The notes beneath the pieces were generated by a model that was not told the origin of the DNA, made no database searches, and saw only the letters and a program-made list of their open reading frames with translations. A stretch of 64,000 nucleotides of DNA. Source: Macrostomum lignano. Taxonomy: Eukaryota. Positions 1 through 56,445 of this stretch are shown piece after piece. The position numbers and the translations under genes were made by a program. Position 1 is the stretch's first letter. Every line of letters begins with the position of its first letter. The stretch lies in contig NIVC01001475.1 in NCBI GenBank assembly GCA_002269645.1, forward strand, positions 62,001 to 126,000. Reading direction: 5' to 3'.

Positions 1-516
1 CTTCATTTCCGGCATTGCTCAATAATTAATAAAATGTCTCTCAGCTTTCTAAGAAAGTGGCTTTAGGTACCATCGAGGCGTGCTCCGATGTTGTCTGCTC
101 ATGTGTCTCTATGATTACCTTTTCTCTATATAAGCATTTCTCTTTCGTGCGCCATTGGAAACTTGAATTAAGAGCCGAGCGTATTTGCTTGATGTCTATT
201 TTAATCAAATATATTGCAAGCCTGTCGCTTTTGCCGATGCTATGCAGTTGCTTGTTCTAGTTATTGTCAGTGTGTGCCTGTGTGGTCTCGGCTATTGTTC
301 TGCTTCAAGTGTTCTCTCTTTCTCTTTCTTTCTCTCTCTCTCACCCCTGCTCGTTGAGTCTGTCTGGCTGTGTTGTGTTGTGTGCTTGAAATTATATAAG
401 CATTAATGCATATATGTATGTATATATATATATTTGTGAATTAGCACAAGCCGAGAGAGCCCCTCCTTTCACACATTTTTCGTGCAGTTTTTTTCTCTTT
501 CATTCTCTTCTCACAG

Positions 517-43433
<42,917 letters not shown>

Positions 43434-43439
43434 TGACGT

Positions 43440-44200
43440 GGCAACGGGTGAAAATATGGATTGTTTAACTGCATAGCAACGGGTGAACATATGGACTGTT
43501 TAACTGCATAGCAACGGGTGAAAATATGGATTCTTTAACTGCATAGCAACGGGTGAACATATGGACTGTTTAACTGCATAGCAACGGGTGAAAATATGGA
43601 TTGTTTAACTGCATAGCAACGAGTGAAAATATGGATTGTTTAGCTGCATAGCAACGGGTGAAAATATGGACTGTTTAACTGCATGGCAACGGGTTAAAAT
43701 ATGGATTGTTTAACTGCATAGCAACGAGTGAAAATATGGATTCTTTAACTGCAATAGCAACGGGTGAAAATATGGATTGTTTAACTGCATAGCAACGAGT
43801 GAAAATATGGATTCTTTAACTGCATGGCAACGGGTGAAAATATGGACTCTTTAACTGCATGGCAACGGGTGAAAATATGGACTCTTTAACTGCATGGCAA
43901 CGGGTGAAAATATGGATTCTTTAACTGCATAGCAACGGGTGAACATATGGATTATTTAACTGCAATAGCAACGGGTGAAAATATGGACTGTTTAACTGCA
44001 TAGCAACGGGTGAAAATATGGATTCTTTAACTGCATAGCAACGGGTGAACATATGGATTATTTAACTGCAATAGCAACGGGTGAAAATATGGACTGTTTA
44101 ACTGCATAGCAACGGGTGAAAATATGGATTGTTTAACTGCATAGCAACGGGTGAACATATGGATTGTTTAACTGCATAGCAACGGGTGAACATATGGATG
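43440..44200. repeat. 35-bp minisatellite GCAACGGGTGAAAATATGGATTGTTTAACTGCATA just after the PKD1-like stop
   Basis: ~21 units. Confidence 0.95.
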
Positions 44201-46300
44201 TATTGTTTTTGTATGTAGGTATTTGATTCGTTGTAAAAATTTTATGCTAAAACATTTATACAATTCTCATTCGATGTGGTTCGTGTTACGATTTTGTGTT
44301 TCTAAAAGTTTATAGTTTCCTCTATGTTTAAATATTTTTTCACATTGCACTGGTGACTTTTTGAAGAAAAAATCAATTTTGCGCCTTTTGTTTTGGTTTT
44401 ATCGCTAATCTTATGTACACTGCTGGTTTTCAAATCGATGCCTTCTGTGCGCTGTTACAAGCTAATTTAAACAAACATGCTATTTTTGTACACATTTTAT
44501 CGAATTTTTTGCAGCTGCCTTGTCTGTGTTGCTCTGAATCTGTGTAATTGCATTGCATTTTGCTTTCTATGTGTTTTCTGACTTACAGTGAATGTGTTTT
44601 GTGCCGTACTACTATGGTAGTATGAATGTCCTTTTAACTTGTCGAAGCCAACATCCTGCTGGGAAGGATTTCTAAAATCTGGAGAATCTCGTTGAGCCAG
44701 CGCTACAAAATACACTTTTGTACGTCTATTGCAATTTAGAAAAAAGACTCTGCCATTGTTTGCAACTTGTTTATTTGTTTATCCTGTCAGGGACTTTAGC
44801 GTCACAGGGCGCGCCTCCGCCCGTTGAAAACGTTACCGTGACCAGAATATCTAGAGTCTGTAGCAATTGGGGTCGGTTCGGGTGCCTAAAGAAGCTCTAC
44901 TTGTTCAGCTTGACAGGCCAGGGGCACTGTACATGTACATTGCCAGAAGCTTCATACACAGCTGTAAAACGCTGAGTGCAGAGAGGAGTGAGAAGTCCGT
45001 GCACTTTGCAGGGTAGACGTATGGACCACATGCGCATGCCTATACTTGTTTTTATACGTTAATTTATGTAGCTGAGTTAAAATATGACTGAGGGAAAACA
45101 TTTGCACAGTATATTCTTTGAATGATGAAATATGTCATCATTCTAACTCAATTCAATTCAAGCATGAAAACTTGAGTCAAATGGAATAGTAGATTAATAA
45201 CAGTGAAGAAAGTAGTCTCGTACGATGAAGTGCGTACATTTACATGTGTGAGAACATATGGGTGAAATATATTGTATATATATTAGGGTAAATGATGCCA
45301 AAATATATGTCGCAAAGATCGAGTATCTCCCGGTGTCGCATGTACATTGTTCTGTACGTGCGTTACATGTCTTTGTTAAAGGTGCAAAATTTGGTGACAG
45401 TCACTGTGCTTTTGTATAAAAAGCACGTATTTAGGTAAGACAAACGTGCAATATAGTAGCTGAATTTAGCTGAGTAAAAAGTAAAAACTATTTTTTTACC
45501 CAGCTGTCCGGTTTCAAAGGTTCATTATTTTTAGTAGGTAAAACAAAGTATTTTTTAGCTTTTGTTTTCGACCATCACTTAGGTACTTTTAGCCTAACTT
45601 AACCTTTAAATGTCTAAAAAAATTCAGTTTAGAATACATGTTTTATATTAACTGTTTCGTTTATTTTCGTGCAGTGTTAAAATAATAAACAATCCGGGAA
45701 ACAAATGTCTACTACTTTTGTGCAGTGAGTGAGCATCCACAGCATGCACCCTGCAAGCCTACAATGCACTAGGAACTGAGAGTATACATGCCTGACGATT
45801 AGGAAGTCAAGGCTGCTGTCAAGGCCTAGGTTTTGTATTCTTGTATATTTTCTGTTTAAATATTGGTTTTTACTAGATTTCAGTTTTTCAGTAAATTTTA
45901 GGATTTCAGTTAAACAGTCTAATTGCTATTTAATTTATATTTCATCTTGAAAGTCTCTGTTTTACTTTACAGTATATATTAGTATATTATATTGTATGTT
46001 ATATATACCCTTATAGTATATAAGGGTCCTACACTTTCCAAATATTAATATTTAGATTCAATTCAATTGATTAAGTTAGGAATAGTTGATTACAAGAAAA
46101 TAGTTATTAATAATGTTTCTATACTATATTAAAATTAAAATAATAGTTAACCACTAAAAACTTAGATTTATAACTAAGTTTAAGACAAAAATTATTATTA
46201 TTATAAATCAATTGAGCAAACATTTTACTTGTAGATAGATAGTACAAATATTTAATTATCTTATCTATTTATTTGAAAATTTTATTTGAATTGACATGTA

Positions 46301-46886
46301 TGCCATAGTCCAGATCATGTCGTTTATGCCAGAGATCTCCGGCGTAAATCTGGTTTGGGATTGGAGGCTGGCATAAGTGCTTGGCGTAAATATAGGCCAA
46401 AATGTGCCTTGGCGTAAGTGCTTGGCATAAGTACATGGCATAAATCAAGTGGCGTAAATGTTGGCACAAATGAGATCATTCATGATCAAATATATCACTA
46501 TAGAACATTACACATTTGTGTTAATTATGATATTAAAGAGCAGCATTAAAACAAGTTCATTAAAATATTGCAATTCGTATAATTGAGATAGCAGAATATC
46601 TATTGTAGGATAGCAAAAGTTTTTTTAGCTTCAAGATGCTTACTTTGATTCTTGATTGAGAATTTGCAACTTGTGAGATTTTTAAACAGTTGCAACTTCT
46701 GAATTTAATTAATCACCAATTAATTGTAAATCATCTATTCTATTCTATTCATAATAATTGTTAGGGACCTTTTTTGGATGGCGTAAGTCAGAGGGTCCTT
46801 TTTTGGTTGGCGTAAGTCTGGCATAAGTGCCAAAAAATGTTGGATTTTTCCTCCGGCGTAAGTCCAGCATGATCCGGACTATGGCA
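46301..46886. mobile_element. 586-bp MITE-like non-autonomous DNA transposon
   Basis: 19-bp TIRs TGCCATAGTCCAGATCATG (46301-46319) and CATGATCCGGACTATGGCA (46868-46886), 1 mismatch; TGTA on both flanks; ~12 subterminal GGCRTAAR motifs; AT-rich noncoding core. Confidence 0.75.
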
Positions 46887-48589
46887 TGTATGATGAAAAC
46901 AATGTTAGCCTAATTTCAATAGCAGAGACAAACAGTAATATTTTAAAGTGGCTATGCTATAGAATTATTTGTTAAAATATTTGTTATTATCTTTTTTATT
47001 TTTAAAACAATTTTTTTTATAAAAATTGAAACCTTACAAAGGCAATGGTGTAAAATAATTAATTAAAACACCTTTGCATAATTAACCTAACTTTATTTAT
47101 TTATTTATTATTCTTCAAGTGATGAAAGCAGCTTTAAATACGATTTAAATTTGACATTTTATTTATTTAGAGACTTCAAAAATGTTTAAATATATAAATG
47201 CCTAAATAATTTATTTATCATTAGTTGCATAGATTAAATTTGTTCCATTAAAACAATTAATGATTATAATAATCTATAAGTAATAAATTATAGAGTACTA
47301 GACTATTTGACTATTGTCAAAAGGCATTGCGCTAATAAACAAAAATATTTTAAAAAATTTCACCAATGTCTTTCAAACAATTATATTCTTAAAACAAACA
47401 AAAAGTTGGCTTTGAAAGTATATACTTTCTTAGAATTTTTAAATTAAGCTTTATATTGTTATGCATTTTTGCATTTTGTGATGCATTTTAAAGGCTTTTT
47501 AGTGCATTTAGAATAAATCAGTAAAGGAACTTATTATATACACCCAAAGTGTATTATATCTGCTGAATGAAGTATCATATATATACATATACATATATGT
47601 ATAGTGAGAAGGATCACATATACACATGTACAATTTTGAAGTTGGGATTTTTGCAAGTGACACATTAAACAACTATAACAAAGTTAGGAACTCTACTATG
47701 CTATAAGTTACTGCAACGTCTGTTGTCAATATGGCTTGTAGCTAAAACATCTGTTAGAGAAGCATCTTGTCACCAAAGTGTCTAGAAACCTATGTTGGTT
47801 ACCATATCCACTACTTAGCACAGGCAGATGAATAGTCCTAGATCCAAATTATATTGGCTAGTATATTTTAAGCCTAGTGAAAAGTTAAAAGAAATATATA
47901 TAATTTTTTTAATTCCTTTTTAATCTATAAATAGTAATAATTTTACAAAATAATTATAATACAACGAAGTCTTTCCTAAATATTGACATTATAGTTTAGT
48001 TAAGCCTAGGCCAGGCCTTTTATTTGTACATTGGCTCATTTTATATAAAAGTTATTTTTTCAAAGAGCCACTAGATTTATATTTTTTGGCTCAGGTGTTG
48101 AAAAAGAAGACTAGCTTTTTTTCTAGGATATTTATGCATTTTTTCTATTGTACTTAGGAATTATCTAATATAATTTGACCCTTGGTTCTAGTAGGAGTTT
48201 ATTAAAAAGATAAAATAATATTTGTTTGTATCTATTTTAATTTTTTATAGGATTTTTTTATGAAATTGATAAATTTAGGCCTATGAATTAGTTTTATAAG
48301 TAAAAATTTAATAAAGATCCAAGGGTTAAGTCCTACCTTATTTTCATATTTCTTCTTTAAGAGAATAACGTTTAGCTATAAATCTTAATCCTAGAATTAT
48401 AGAATCAACAATCCTAGCACCAAATCTATGAAAATAACTTTTGCATGTAAGATAAGATTTAATAGCTTTTTGCTTCCTTTTTATTGTAACTAAGCCATGT
48501 CAATACCATCTAAATATGATATCATTAGGGTGTATGTTAATTTAGAGATATTATTGACTATCATTGCCTTATCAACTCTTTCAGGAAAA

Positions 48590-49280
48590 TCACTCTCCCT
48601 TCCTAATGAGAATCACTCTCCCTTCCTCGTAAGAATCACTCTCCCTTCCTCATGAGAATCACTTCCTTCCTTATGAGAATCACTCTCCCTTCCTCATGAG
48701 AATCACTCCTCCTTCCTCTCGAGAATCACTCCTTCCTCATGAGAATCACTCCTCCTTCCTCATGAGAATCACTCCCTTCTTCATGAGAATCACTCCCTTC
48801 CTCATGAGAATCACTCCTTCCTCATGAGAATCACTCCTTCCTCTCGTGAATCACCCCCCTTCCTCACGAGAATCACTCTCCCTTCCTCTCGAGAATCACT
48901 CCCTTCTTCATGAGAATCACTCCCTTCCTCATGAGAATCACTCTTTCCTCATGAGAATCACTCCTTCCTCTCGTGAATCACTCCCTTCCTCTCGAGAATC
49001 ACTCCCTTCCTCATGAGAATCACTCCTTCCTCATGAGAATCACTCCTTCCTCATGAGAATCACTCCTTCCTCATGAGAATCACTCCTTCCTCATGAGAAT
49101 CACTCCTTCCTCATGAGAATCACCCCTTCCTCTCGTGAATCACTCTCCCTTCCTCATGAGAATCACTCTCCCTTCCTCATGGTAATTAATCCTTTCTGAT
49201 GAGAATAACTCTCCCTCAGGATTATCACTCTCCCTTCCTTGCGAGAATCACTCTCCTTGCCTCACGAGAATCACTCTTGA
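48590..49280. repeat. 20-23-bp minisatellite GAGAATCACTCCTTCCTCAT
   Basis: direct. Confidence 0.93.
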
Positions 49281-50095
49281 TAGAGATCACTTTTTTCGCT
49301 TAGCGTATGCTGGTATTGTTATTAAAATCATTATAAATATTCATAATTCAGCCAATATTTATTCCAAATCATATTAAAGTTGTGGGAAAGCTGTTGTTTC
49401 AATTTCAGATTTAGTGATGAAAATGACAATACATAGGTATAATAATCCATATCTAATATATTATCCCAGTCTTAAAAATCTGCAACTTCATTTCATTGCA
49501 CGAAAGTTTATTGCCTTTTGTAGTGTATAAAATTACAAAACTTGAAAGTTTCTGTAGCTTACAATTTTTTCTCTTTTCGACAAGAAGAATTTCAACTTCA
49601 AAGGCGTGCCGCGCCGCCTCTCTCTCGTGTGGATCATCAATTTGCTAGCTAGGGGGGGAGGGGGACCACCCTGGCACTCTTCCGTATCTTAGCGTGTCTG
49701 CCTGCCTTTCCCCTCTTCTTGTCTTGGTTAACAATGTCAGCAATGGCTTCGAATTTTAGCTTTTATGCTTTTATTGCTCCCCCCTCTATCCCTCTCTTAG
49801 CTTCATCTCCAGAAACTGGGACCGCATTTTGTGTTGGAATTCGCAAATTATAGTTATAACTGAATTATTTAGATTTTGGTTGTGTGTATAAAATAGAAGG
49901 TAGAGGGCCCTATCTATATGGTTTATTTATTTAAGCCAAGGCATACAAAACGCAAGCGAATTCGTCTTGCTCATTAATTAGTCCGTTTAAGTTCTGTTTA
50001 GGATTTAAATATAAAAATATCCGAGACAAGCAATTATTAAAATATGTAAACATTTTTTACGCAGAATTTTCTAAAATCTTTCCAGCTTATTAGCC

Positions 50096-53000
50096 ATGCA
50101 AAAGGCTTGCAGTAGTGGCAGCAGCAGCAACAGCAGCAGCATTAGCAGCGTCTATCAGCAGCAGCAGATGCAGCCGGACTCAACTGTGCCTTGTATTGGC
50201 TCTACCGACTTGGATCACTTGCATCATGCCAGCGTGCAGTACTCCGCTGGGCACGGCGGGCCTTCGCTCCATCCGCAGCAGCATCACGTGGCCCTGCATC
50301 AGTCAGATGCTTCGGCATCGGCTTGGTACGCTAATCCCTATTCGTCTGCAGGTAGCTATTGCTACATGCCGCAGCAACAGCAGCAGCAAATTCAAATTCA
50401 TCATCAATCGCCGGAAGAAGACATTGCCAGTAATGGATTTGTTGCGCAGCAACAGCAGCAGCAACAGCAACATCAATCTGTAGCAGCTTCCTATCCAGCT
50501 GTCTTCTCACCGCCTGGCTCAGGGAAGTATTTCTGGCAGTACAATGCCCAGGGCAAGGGGCCCAAGCTGGCCTGTCAAGACCGCGGCCTGCTGCAGGATG
50601 ATCGAGATCTGGGTCACAGCGACGAGAGGAAAGTGCTGGGCTTTCAGGTAAGACTGTGCGGCTCTCGGTTTTGCTTGGCGTTTCTACTGCTCCAAATGCG
50701 TTAAGACACCAGCCTCCCAGATCCTCAGGTGCTGGGCCAGCCTCTCAGATCCTCAGTTGCTGGGCCAGCCTCCCAAATTCTCAGTTGCTGTGCCAGCCTC
50801 CCAGATCCTCAGTTGCTGGGCCAGCCTCTCAGATCCTCAGTTGCTGGGCCAGCCTCTCAGATCCTCAGTTGCTGGGCCAGCCTCCCAGATCCTCAGTTGC
50901 TGGGCCAGCCTCTCAGATCCTCAGTTGCTGGACCAGCCTCCCAAATTCTCAGTTGCTGTGCCAGCCTCCCAGATCCTCAGTTGCTGTGCCAGCCTCCCAG
51001 ATCCTCAGTTGCTGGGCCAGCCTCTCAGATCCTCAGTTGCTGGGCCAGCCTCCCAGATCCTCAGTTGCTGGGCCAGCCTCCCAGATTCTCAGTCAGTTGC
51101 TGGGCCAGCCTCCCAGATCCTCAGTTGCTGGGCCAGCCTCCCAGATCCTCAGTTGCTGGGCCAGCCTCCCAGATCCTCAGTTGCTGGGCCAGCCTCCCAG
51201 ATCCTCAGTCAGTTGCTGGGCCAGCCTCCCAGATTCTCAGTCAGTTGCTGGGCCAGCCTCCCAGATTCTCAGTTGCTGGGCCAGCCTCCCAGATCCTCAG
51301 TTGCTGGGCCAGCCTCCCAGATTCTCAGTCAGTTGCTGGGCCAGCCTCCCAGATTCTCAGTCAGTTGCTGGGCCAGCCTCCCAGATCCTCAGTTGCTGGG
51401 CCAGCCTCCCAGATCCTCAGTCAGTTGCTGGGCCAGCCTCCCAGATTCTCAGTCAGTTGCTGGGCCAGCCTCCCAGATTCTTAGATCCAGAGGTTGTATC
51501 TTAGCCACATTCCTGTCGCTCCAGTCTGCAAAAGCCACTAATCAGTCTCGCCGATCCCGCCGCCAGGACCCGGTCCTTCGCATGCAGGCAGCCCGCAGCG
51601 ACAAAGTCCGCCGCGGCAACGCCAACGACATCGACCCGCGGCCGGAGGAGCTGGCCCGTCTGGGCCGGCAGCTAGACGAACTCCGTGCTCAGATGTGCCA
51701 CCCCACCAAGCTGTGCGACAAGACCGAGAAAAACAAGCTGGCTAGCAGGGCCTGCCGGCTTAGAAAGAAGGCGCAGCACGAGGCGTTTAAAATAAAATTA
51801 GCCGGCTTACAGGCTGAGCACACTTCTCTAGTGCAGGTGGGGCTTTTTGCATACGTTTACTGTGCAAACTGATTGGTAGCTTTTAGGATATTTCATTTAT
51901 TGTAAACATTAATTCTTCTCTGTCTGTCTTATTAACATTGGTCTGTCCATCTTGCCTGTACGTGTCCTTCTTTTACCTGTTTGTGTCTGTCGCTCTTTTA
52001 CCTGTGTCTGTTCCTCTCTTACCTGTATGTGTCTGTTCCTCTCTTACCTGTATGTGTCTGTTCCTCTCTTACCTGTATGTGTCTGTTCCTCTCTTACCTG
52101 TATGTGTCTGTCCCTCTATTATCTGTATGTGTCTGTCCCTCTATTATCTGTATGTGTCTGTCCCTCTCTTACCTGTATGTGTCTGTTCCTCTCTTATCTG
52201 TATGTGTCTGTCCCTCTATTATCTGTATGTGTCTGTCCCTCTCTTACCTGTATGTGTCTGTTCCTCTCTTATCTGTATGTGTCTGTCGCCCTCTTACCTG
52301 TAGGTGTCTGTCGCCCTCTTACCTGAAATGTGTCTGTTCCTCTCTTACCTGTATGTGTCTGTTCCTCGCTTACCTGTAGGTGTCTGTCCCTCTATTACCT
52401 CACCTGTATGTGTCTGTCCCTCTATTACCTCACCTGTATGTGTCTGTCCCTCTATTACCTCACCTGTATGTGTCTGTCGCCCTCTTACATATGTGTGTCT
52501 GTCACTTACCCGTGTCTGTCCCTCTCTTACCCGTATGTGTCTGTCGCCCTCACCTGTTTGTGTCTGTCGCCCTCACCTGTTTGTGTCTGTCGCCCCTTAC
52601 CTGTATGTGTCTGTCCCTCTATTACCTCACCTGTATGTGTCTGTCGCCTTCTTACCTGTATGTGTCTGTGGCCCTCTTACCTGCATGTGTCTGTCCCTCA
52701 TTTACCTGTGTGTCTGTCCCTCTATTACCTGTATGTGTCTGTCCCTCATTTACCTGTGTGTCTGTCGCCTTCTTACCTGTATGTGTCTGTGGCCCTCTTA
52801 CCTGTGTGTGTCTGTCCCTCTTTACATGTGTCTGTCCCTTTTTTACCCGTGTCTGTCCCTCTTACCTGTCTGTCTGTCGCCCTCTTACCTGTTTGTGTCT
52901 GTCGCCCTCTTACCTGTATGTGTCTGTCCTTGTCTTACCTCTATGTGTCTGTCCCTCTATTACCTGTATGTGTCTGTCCATCTTTACCTGCCTGTGCCTT

Positions 53001-53686
53001 ATTTGCCTGTTTATCTTACCTGTCTGTCCTTACAAGTCTGTGTCTGTCTGTAGTATGACAGTGTCTGTTCATCACTGTTTATTTCTGAGCTCTGTTAAGG
53101 CATAGAATATCTGTAATGCAGTTTGATTTGTTTTGTTTCTTACCTCATTGTTTTGAACCATATTTATCTTCAAATCAAGGTGCTAAAGCAAGGCGAAGCT
53201 CTTCTACTCGACCCGGAAGCGACTTCGGTTAATCCGCACTCGTCGGCTATCACGATCGATAATAAGAATTCTTCAAATTCAGTCAGCGATTCAACAACAG
53301 CATCTACGTCAACGACAACAACACCTGCCGGAGTATTAGGGTCGATAGGCAGCTTCGCCGCCGCTCTGGACTCGCTGGTGTCGACTCATCTCTGCGTAGC
53401 TCGAGTAGCTGGCCGCTGCGATCAGTACGTTCTAGACGAATTGGATCGGTTCAGCAGGAATGATAGTTACCAGCAGCAGCCGGGTCAGCCAATACTGCTG
53501 CATTCTGGGGAAGTTAGTCCCGATTGTGCTACTGCTAGTAGTGCAAATCGTCATCTGTCGGCTCATCAACCTGCCACTGGGCCTTATAAACGGAGCTTGC
53601 ATTCTACAGCTTCTGTTGCTGCTGCTGGCAATGCTGCTGGACAATTTGTAGCTCTTCATCAGCAGCAGCAGCAGATTGTGTCTTGA
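50096..53686 (+). CDS. CREBRF: CREBRF/REPTOR-family bZIP transcription factor; exons 50096-50647, 51567-51836, 53180-53686
   Basis: Family motifs KYFWQYNAQGKGPK and EKNKLASRACRLRKKAQHEAFKIKLAGLQAEH; all junctions GT-AG phase 0; Gln-rich N-terminus. An upstream coding exon cannot be excluded (AG at 50084-85). Confidence 0.92.
50710..51482. repeat. 28-bp minisatellite GCTGGGCCAGCCTCCCAGATCCTCAGTT (copy 2, CREBRF intron 1)
   Basis: direct. Confidence 0.95.
51960..53045. repeat. 25-bp pyrimidine-rich minisatellite ACCTGTATGTGTCTGTTCCTCTCTT (CREBRF intron 2)
   Basis: direct. Confidence 0.92.
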
Positions 53687-53796
53687 GTCAAAAGTCTTCT
53701 ACAATTGAACAATTTTATTCTGCGTTTTTTGGATGTCCTACTGGTTCTTTTTGAAAATAAGTACACATACCGAAAAATTGTTGACGTTGGCTAGCT

Positions 53797-54455
53797 TGGG
53801 GTGTCAGATCTGATTGTTTTGGGATGTCAGATCTGATTGTTTTGGGGTGTCAGATCTGATTGTTTTGGGCTGTCAGATCTGATTGTTTTGGGGTGTCAGA
53901 TCTGATCGTTTTGGGGTGTCAGATCTGATCGTTTTGGGGTGTCAGATCTGATTGTTATGGGGTGTCAGATCTGATTGTTTTGGGGTGTCAGATCTGATTG
54001 TTTTGGGGTGTCAGATCTGATTGTTTTGGGGTGTCAGATATGTTTGTTTTGGGGTGTCAGATCTGATTGTTTTGGGGTGTCAGATCTGATTGTTTTGGGG
54101 TGTCAGATCTGATTGTTTTGGGGTGTCAGATATGTTTGTTTTGGGGTGTCAGATCTGATTGTTTTGGGATGTCAGATCTGATTGTTTTGGGGTGTCAGAT
54201 CTGATTGTTTTGGGGTGTCAGATCTGATTGTTTTGGGGTGTCAGATCTGAATGTTTTGGGGTGTCAGATCTGATTGTTTTGGGGTGTCAGATCTGATTGT
54301 TTTGGGGTGTCAGATCTGATTGTTTTGGGGTGTCAGATCTGTTTGTTTTGGGGTGTCAGATCTGATTGTTTTGGGGTGTCAGATCTGATTGTTTTGGTGT
54401 GTCAGATCTGATTGTTTTAGGGTGTCAGATCTGATTGTTTTAGGGTGTCAGATAA
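53797..54455. repeat. 23-bp minisatellite GGGGTGTCAGATCTGATTGTTTT
   Basis: direct. Confidence 0.95.
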
Positions 54456-55309
54456 GATTTTGGGTGTAATAACAGATCATAGTAAATGTGCAATATTTAT
54501 TTAATAATTCTTTCTTTATTAGCATATGTACAGACTGTATCGTGCAATTTATGCGTCAAAAATTGCTAATTTTATTGCTAATTTGTTTAGAAATAAATTT
54601 CGTACTTCAACTCACTGCTGATATTGAACTGCAGTTGCTTAATTACTGTCGTTTTTTACCCATTTTTGCACTTTTTATAACTCAAAACTGAAGTGCTACT
54701 GAAAGTAGTTATACGGATTGTTTGCTTTTAAAAATAATTAATTAATCTTTTGATACTAAGATTGGCGTGCCTTTTCGATAATTATTCACCTATTTAGTTG
54801 ATTATACAATTATATGAACTGATTATTTAGGCTCAATTGTCTTCCTGCAAAAGTTACAAATTTGTATTTTAAAAAACTTGGTCGAGTTGCAATATAAATT
54901 TCGCCATTTTTAGCGTCGCATCTTTAAACGGACCATGTTTTTTTGTTATTCGATTGTTTCAGCAGCTCAAATTGCATGCTAATTAATATTGTATGCAAGT
55001 AAATAATCATTTGAGTTTTATTTCTTCATAATGCAATTTTTAGTTGTACCTTTTGGTATAGTTTTTTTTCTAATCGCAGCCTCTTGCAATCTCTTTTATA
55101 CTCTAGACCGATGGTTTTACCTTCCCCTGTGCTGTATACGGTTCGTGTGCTAATTAAAATTGCAAATATATTTGTAACAGTTGAAGTCGTACTCCCTAAT
55201 CGGTAGGTTATTTATTTATTTATGTGTTTACCGTTCAACAAAAACAAAATACAATTTTCCATCTTTAAACTTTTTGGCAACTTTTTCTTGTTTCTGTGTA
55301 TAAAAAACT

Positions 55310-56365
55310 GTGTTTATTGGCAGGTAGATCAGAATCTTCCCATGTAGATCTGTGTGTTGATTGGCAGGTAGATCAGAATCTTCCCATGTAGATCGGTGTG
55401 TTAATTAATTGGCAGGTAGATCAGAATCTGCCCATGTAGATCGGTGTGTTAATTGGCAGGTAGATCAGAATCTTCCCATGTAGATCGGTGTGTTAATTAA
55501 TTGGCAGGTAGATCAGAATCTGCCCATGTAGATCGGTGTGTTAATTGGCAGGTAGATCAGAATCTGCCCATGTAGATCTGTGTGTTAATTAATTGGCAGG
55601 TAGATCAGAATCTGCCCATGTAGATCTGTGTGTAATTGGCAGGTAGATCAGAATCTGCCCGTGTAGATCTGTGTGTTAATTAGCAGGTAAGATCAGAATC
55701 TGCCCATGTAGATCGGTGTGTTAGTTAGCAGGTAAGATCAGAATCTGTCCATGTAGATCTGTGTGTAATTAGCAGGTAAGATCAGAATCTGTCCATGTAG
55801 ATCTGTGTGTAATTAGCAGATAAGATCAGAATCTGCCCATGTAGATCTGTGTGTAATTAGCAGTTAAGATCAGAATCTGCCCATGTAGATCTGTGTGTAA
55901 TTAGCAGATAAGATCAGAATCTGCCCATGTAGATCTGTGTGTAATTAGCAGTTAAGATCAGAATCTGTCCATGTAGATCTGTGTGTAATTAGCAGATAAG
56001 ATCAGAATCTGCCCATGTAGATCTGTGTGTAATTAGCAGTTAAGATCAGAATCTTCCCATGTAGATCTGTGTGTTAATTGGCAGGTAGATCAGAATCTGC
56101 CCATGTAGATCAGTGTGTTAATTGGCAGGTAGATCAGAATCTGCCCATGTAGATCTGTGTGTTTATTGGCAGGTAGATCAGAATCTGCCCATGTAGATCA
56201 GTGTGTTAATTGGCAGGTAGATCAGAATCTTCCCATGTAGATCGGTGTGTTAATTAATTGGCAGGTAGATCAGAATCTGCCCATGTAGATCTGTGTGTTT
56301 ATTGGCAGGTAGATCAGAATCTGCCCATGTAGATCTGTGTGTTGATTGGCAGGTAGATCAGAATG
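55310..56365. repeat. ~44-bp minisatellite GGCAGGTAGATCAGAATCTGCCCATGTAGATCGGTGTGTTAATT
   Basis: ~23 units directly upstream of the FKBPL-like ATG. Confidence 0.94.
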
Positions 56366-56445
56366 TACGAGTACCTGTGTATTCTAACTGTAGCCATTTG
56401 ATTGACAGCTTAGTAACTATGCTCAAACGGATGATAATAAAATGC

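Noticed and set aside
44791-44850. FN3-like PPPVENVTVT peptide
   Set aside because: Too short, with no continuing FN3 motifs or partner exons.
48340-48590. Minus-strand DFPERVDKAMIVN resembling CRAL-TRIO
   Set aside because: Interrupted by stops in AT-rich DNA; likely chance.
50656-53105. LLGQPPRSS and CVCPS repeat ORFs
   Set aside because: CREBRF introns filled with 28- and 25-bp arrays.
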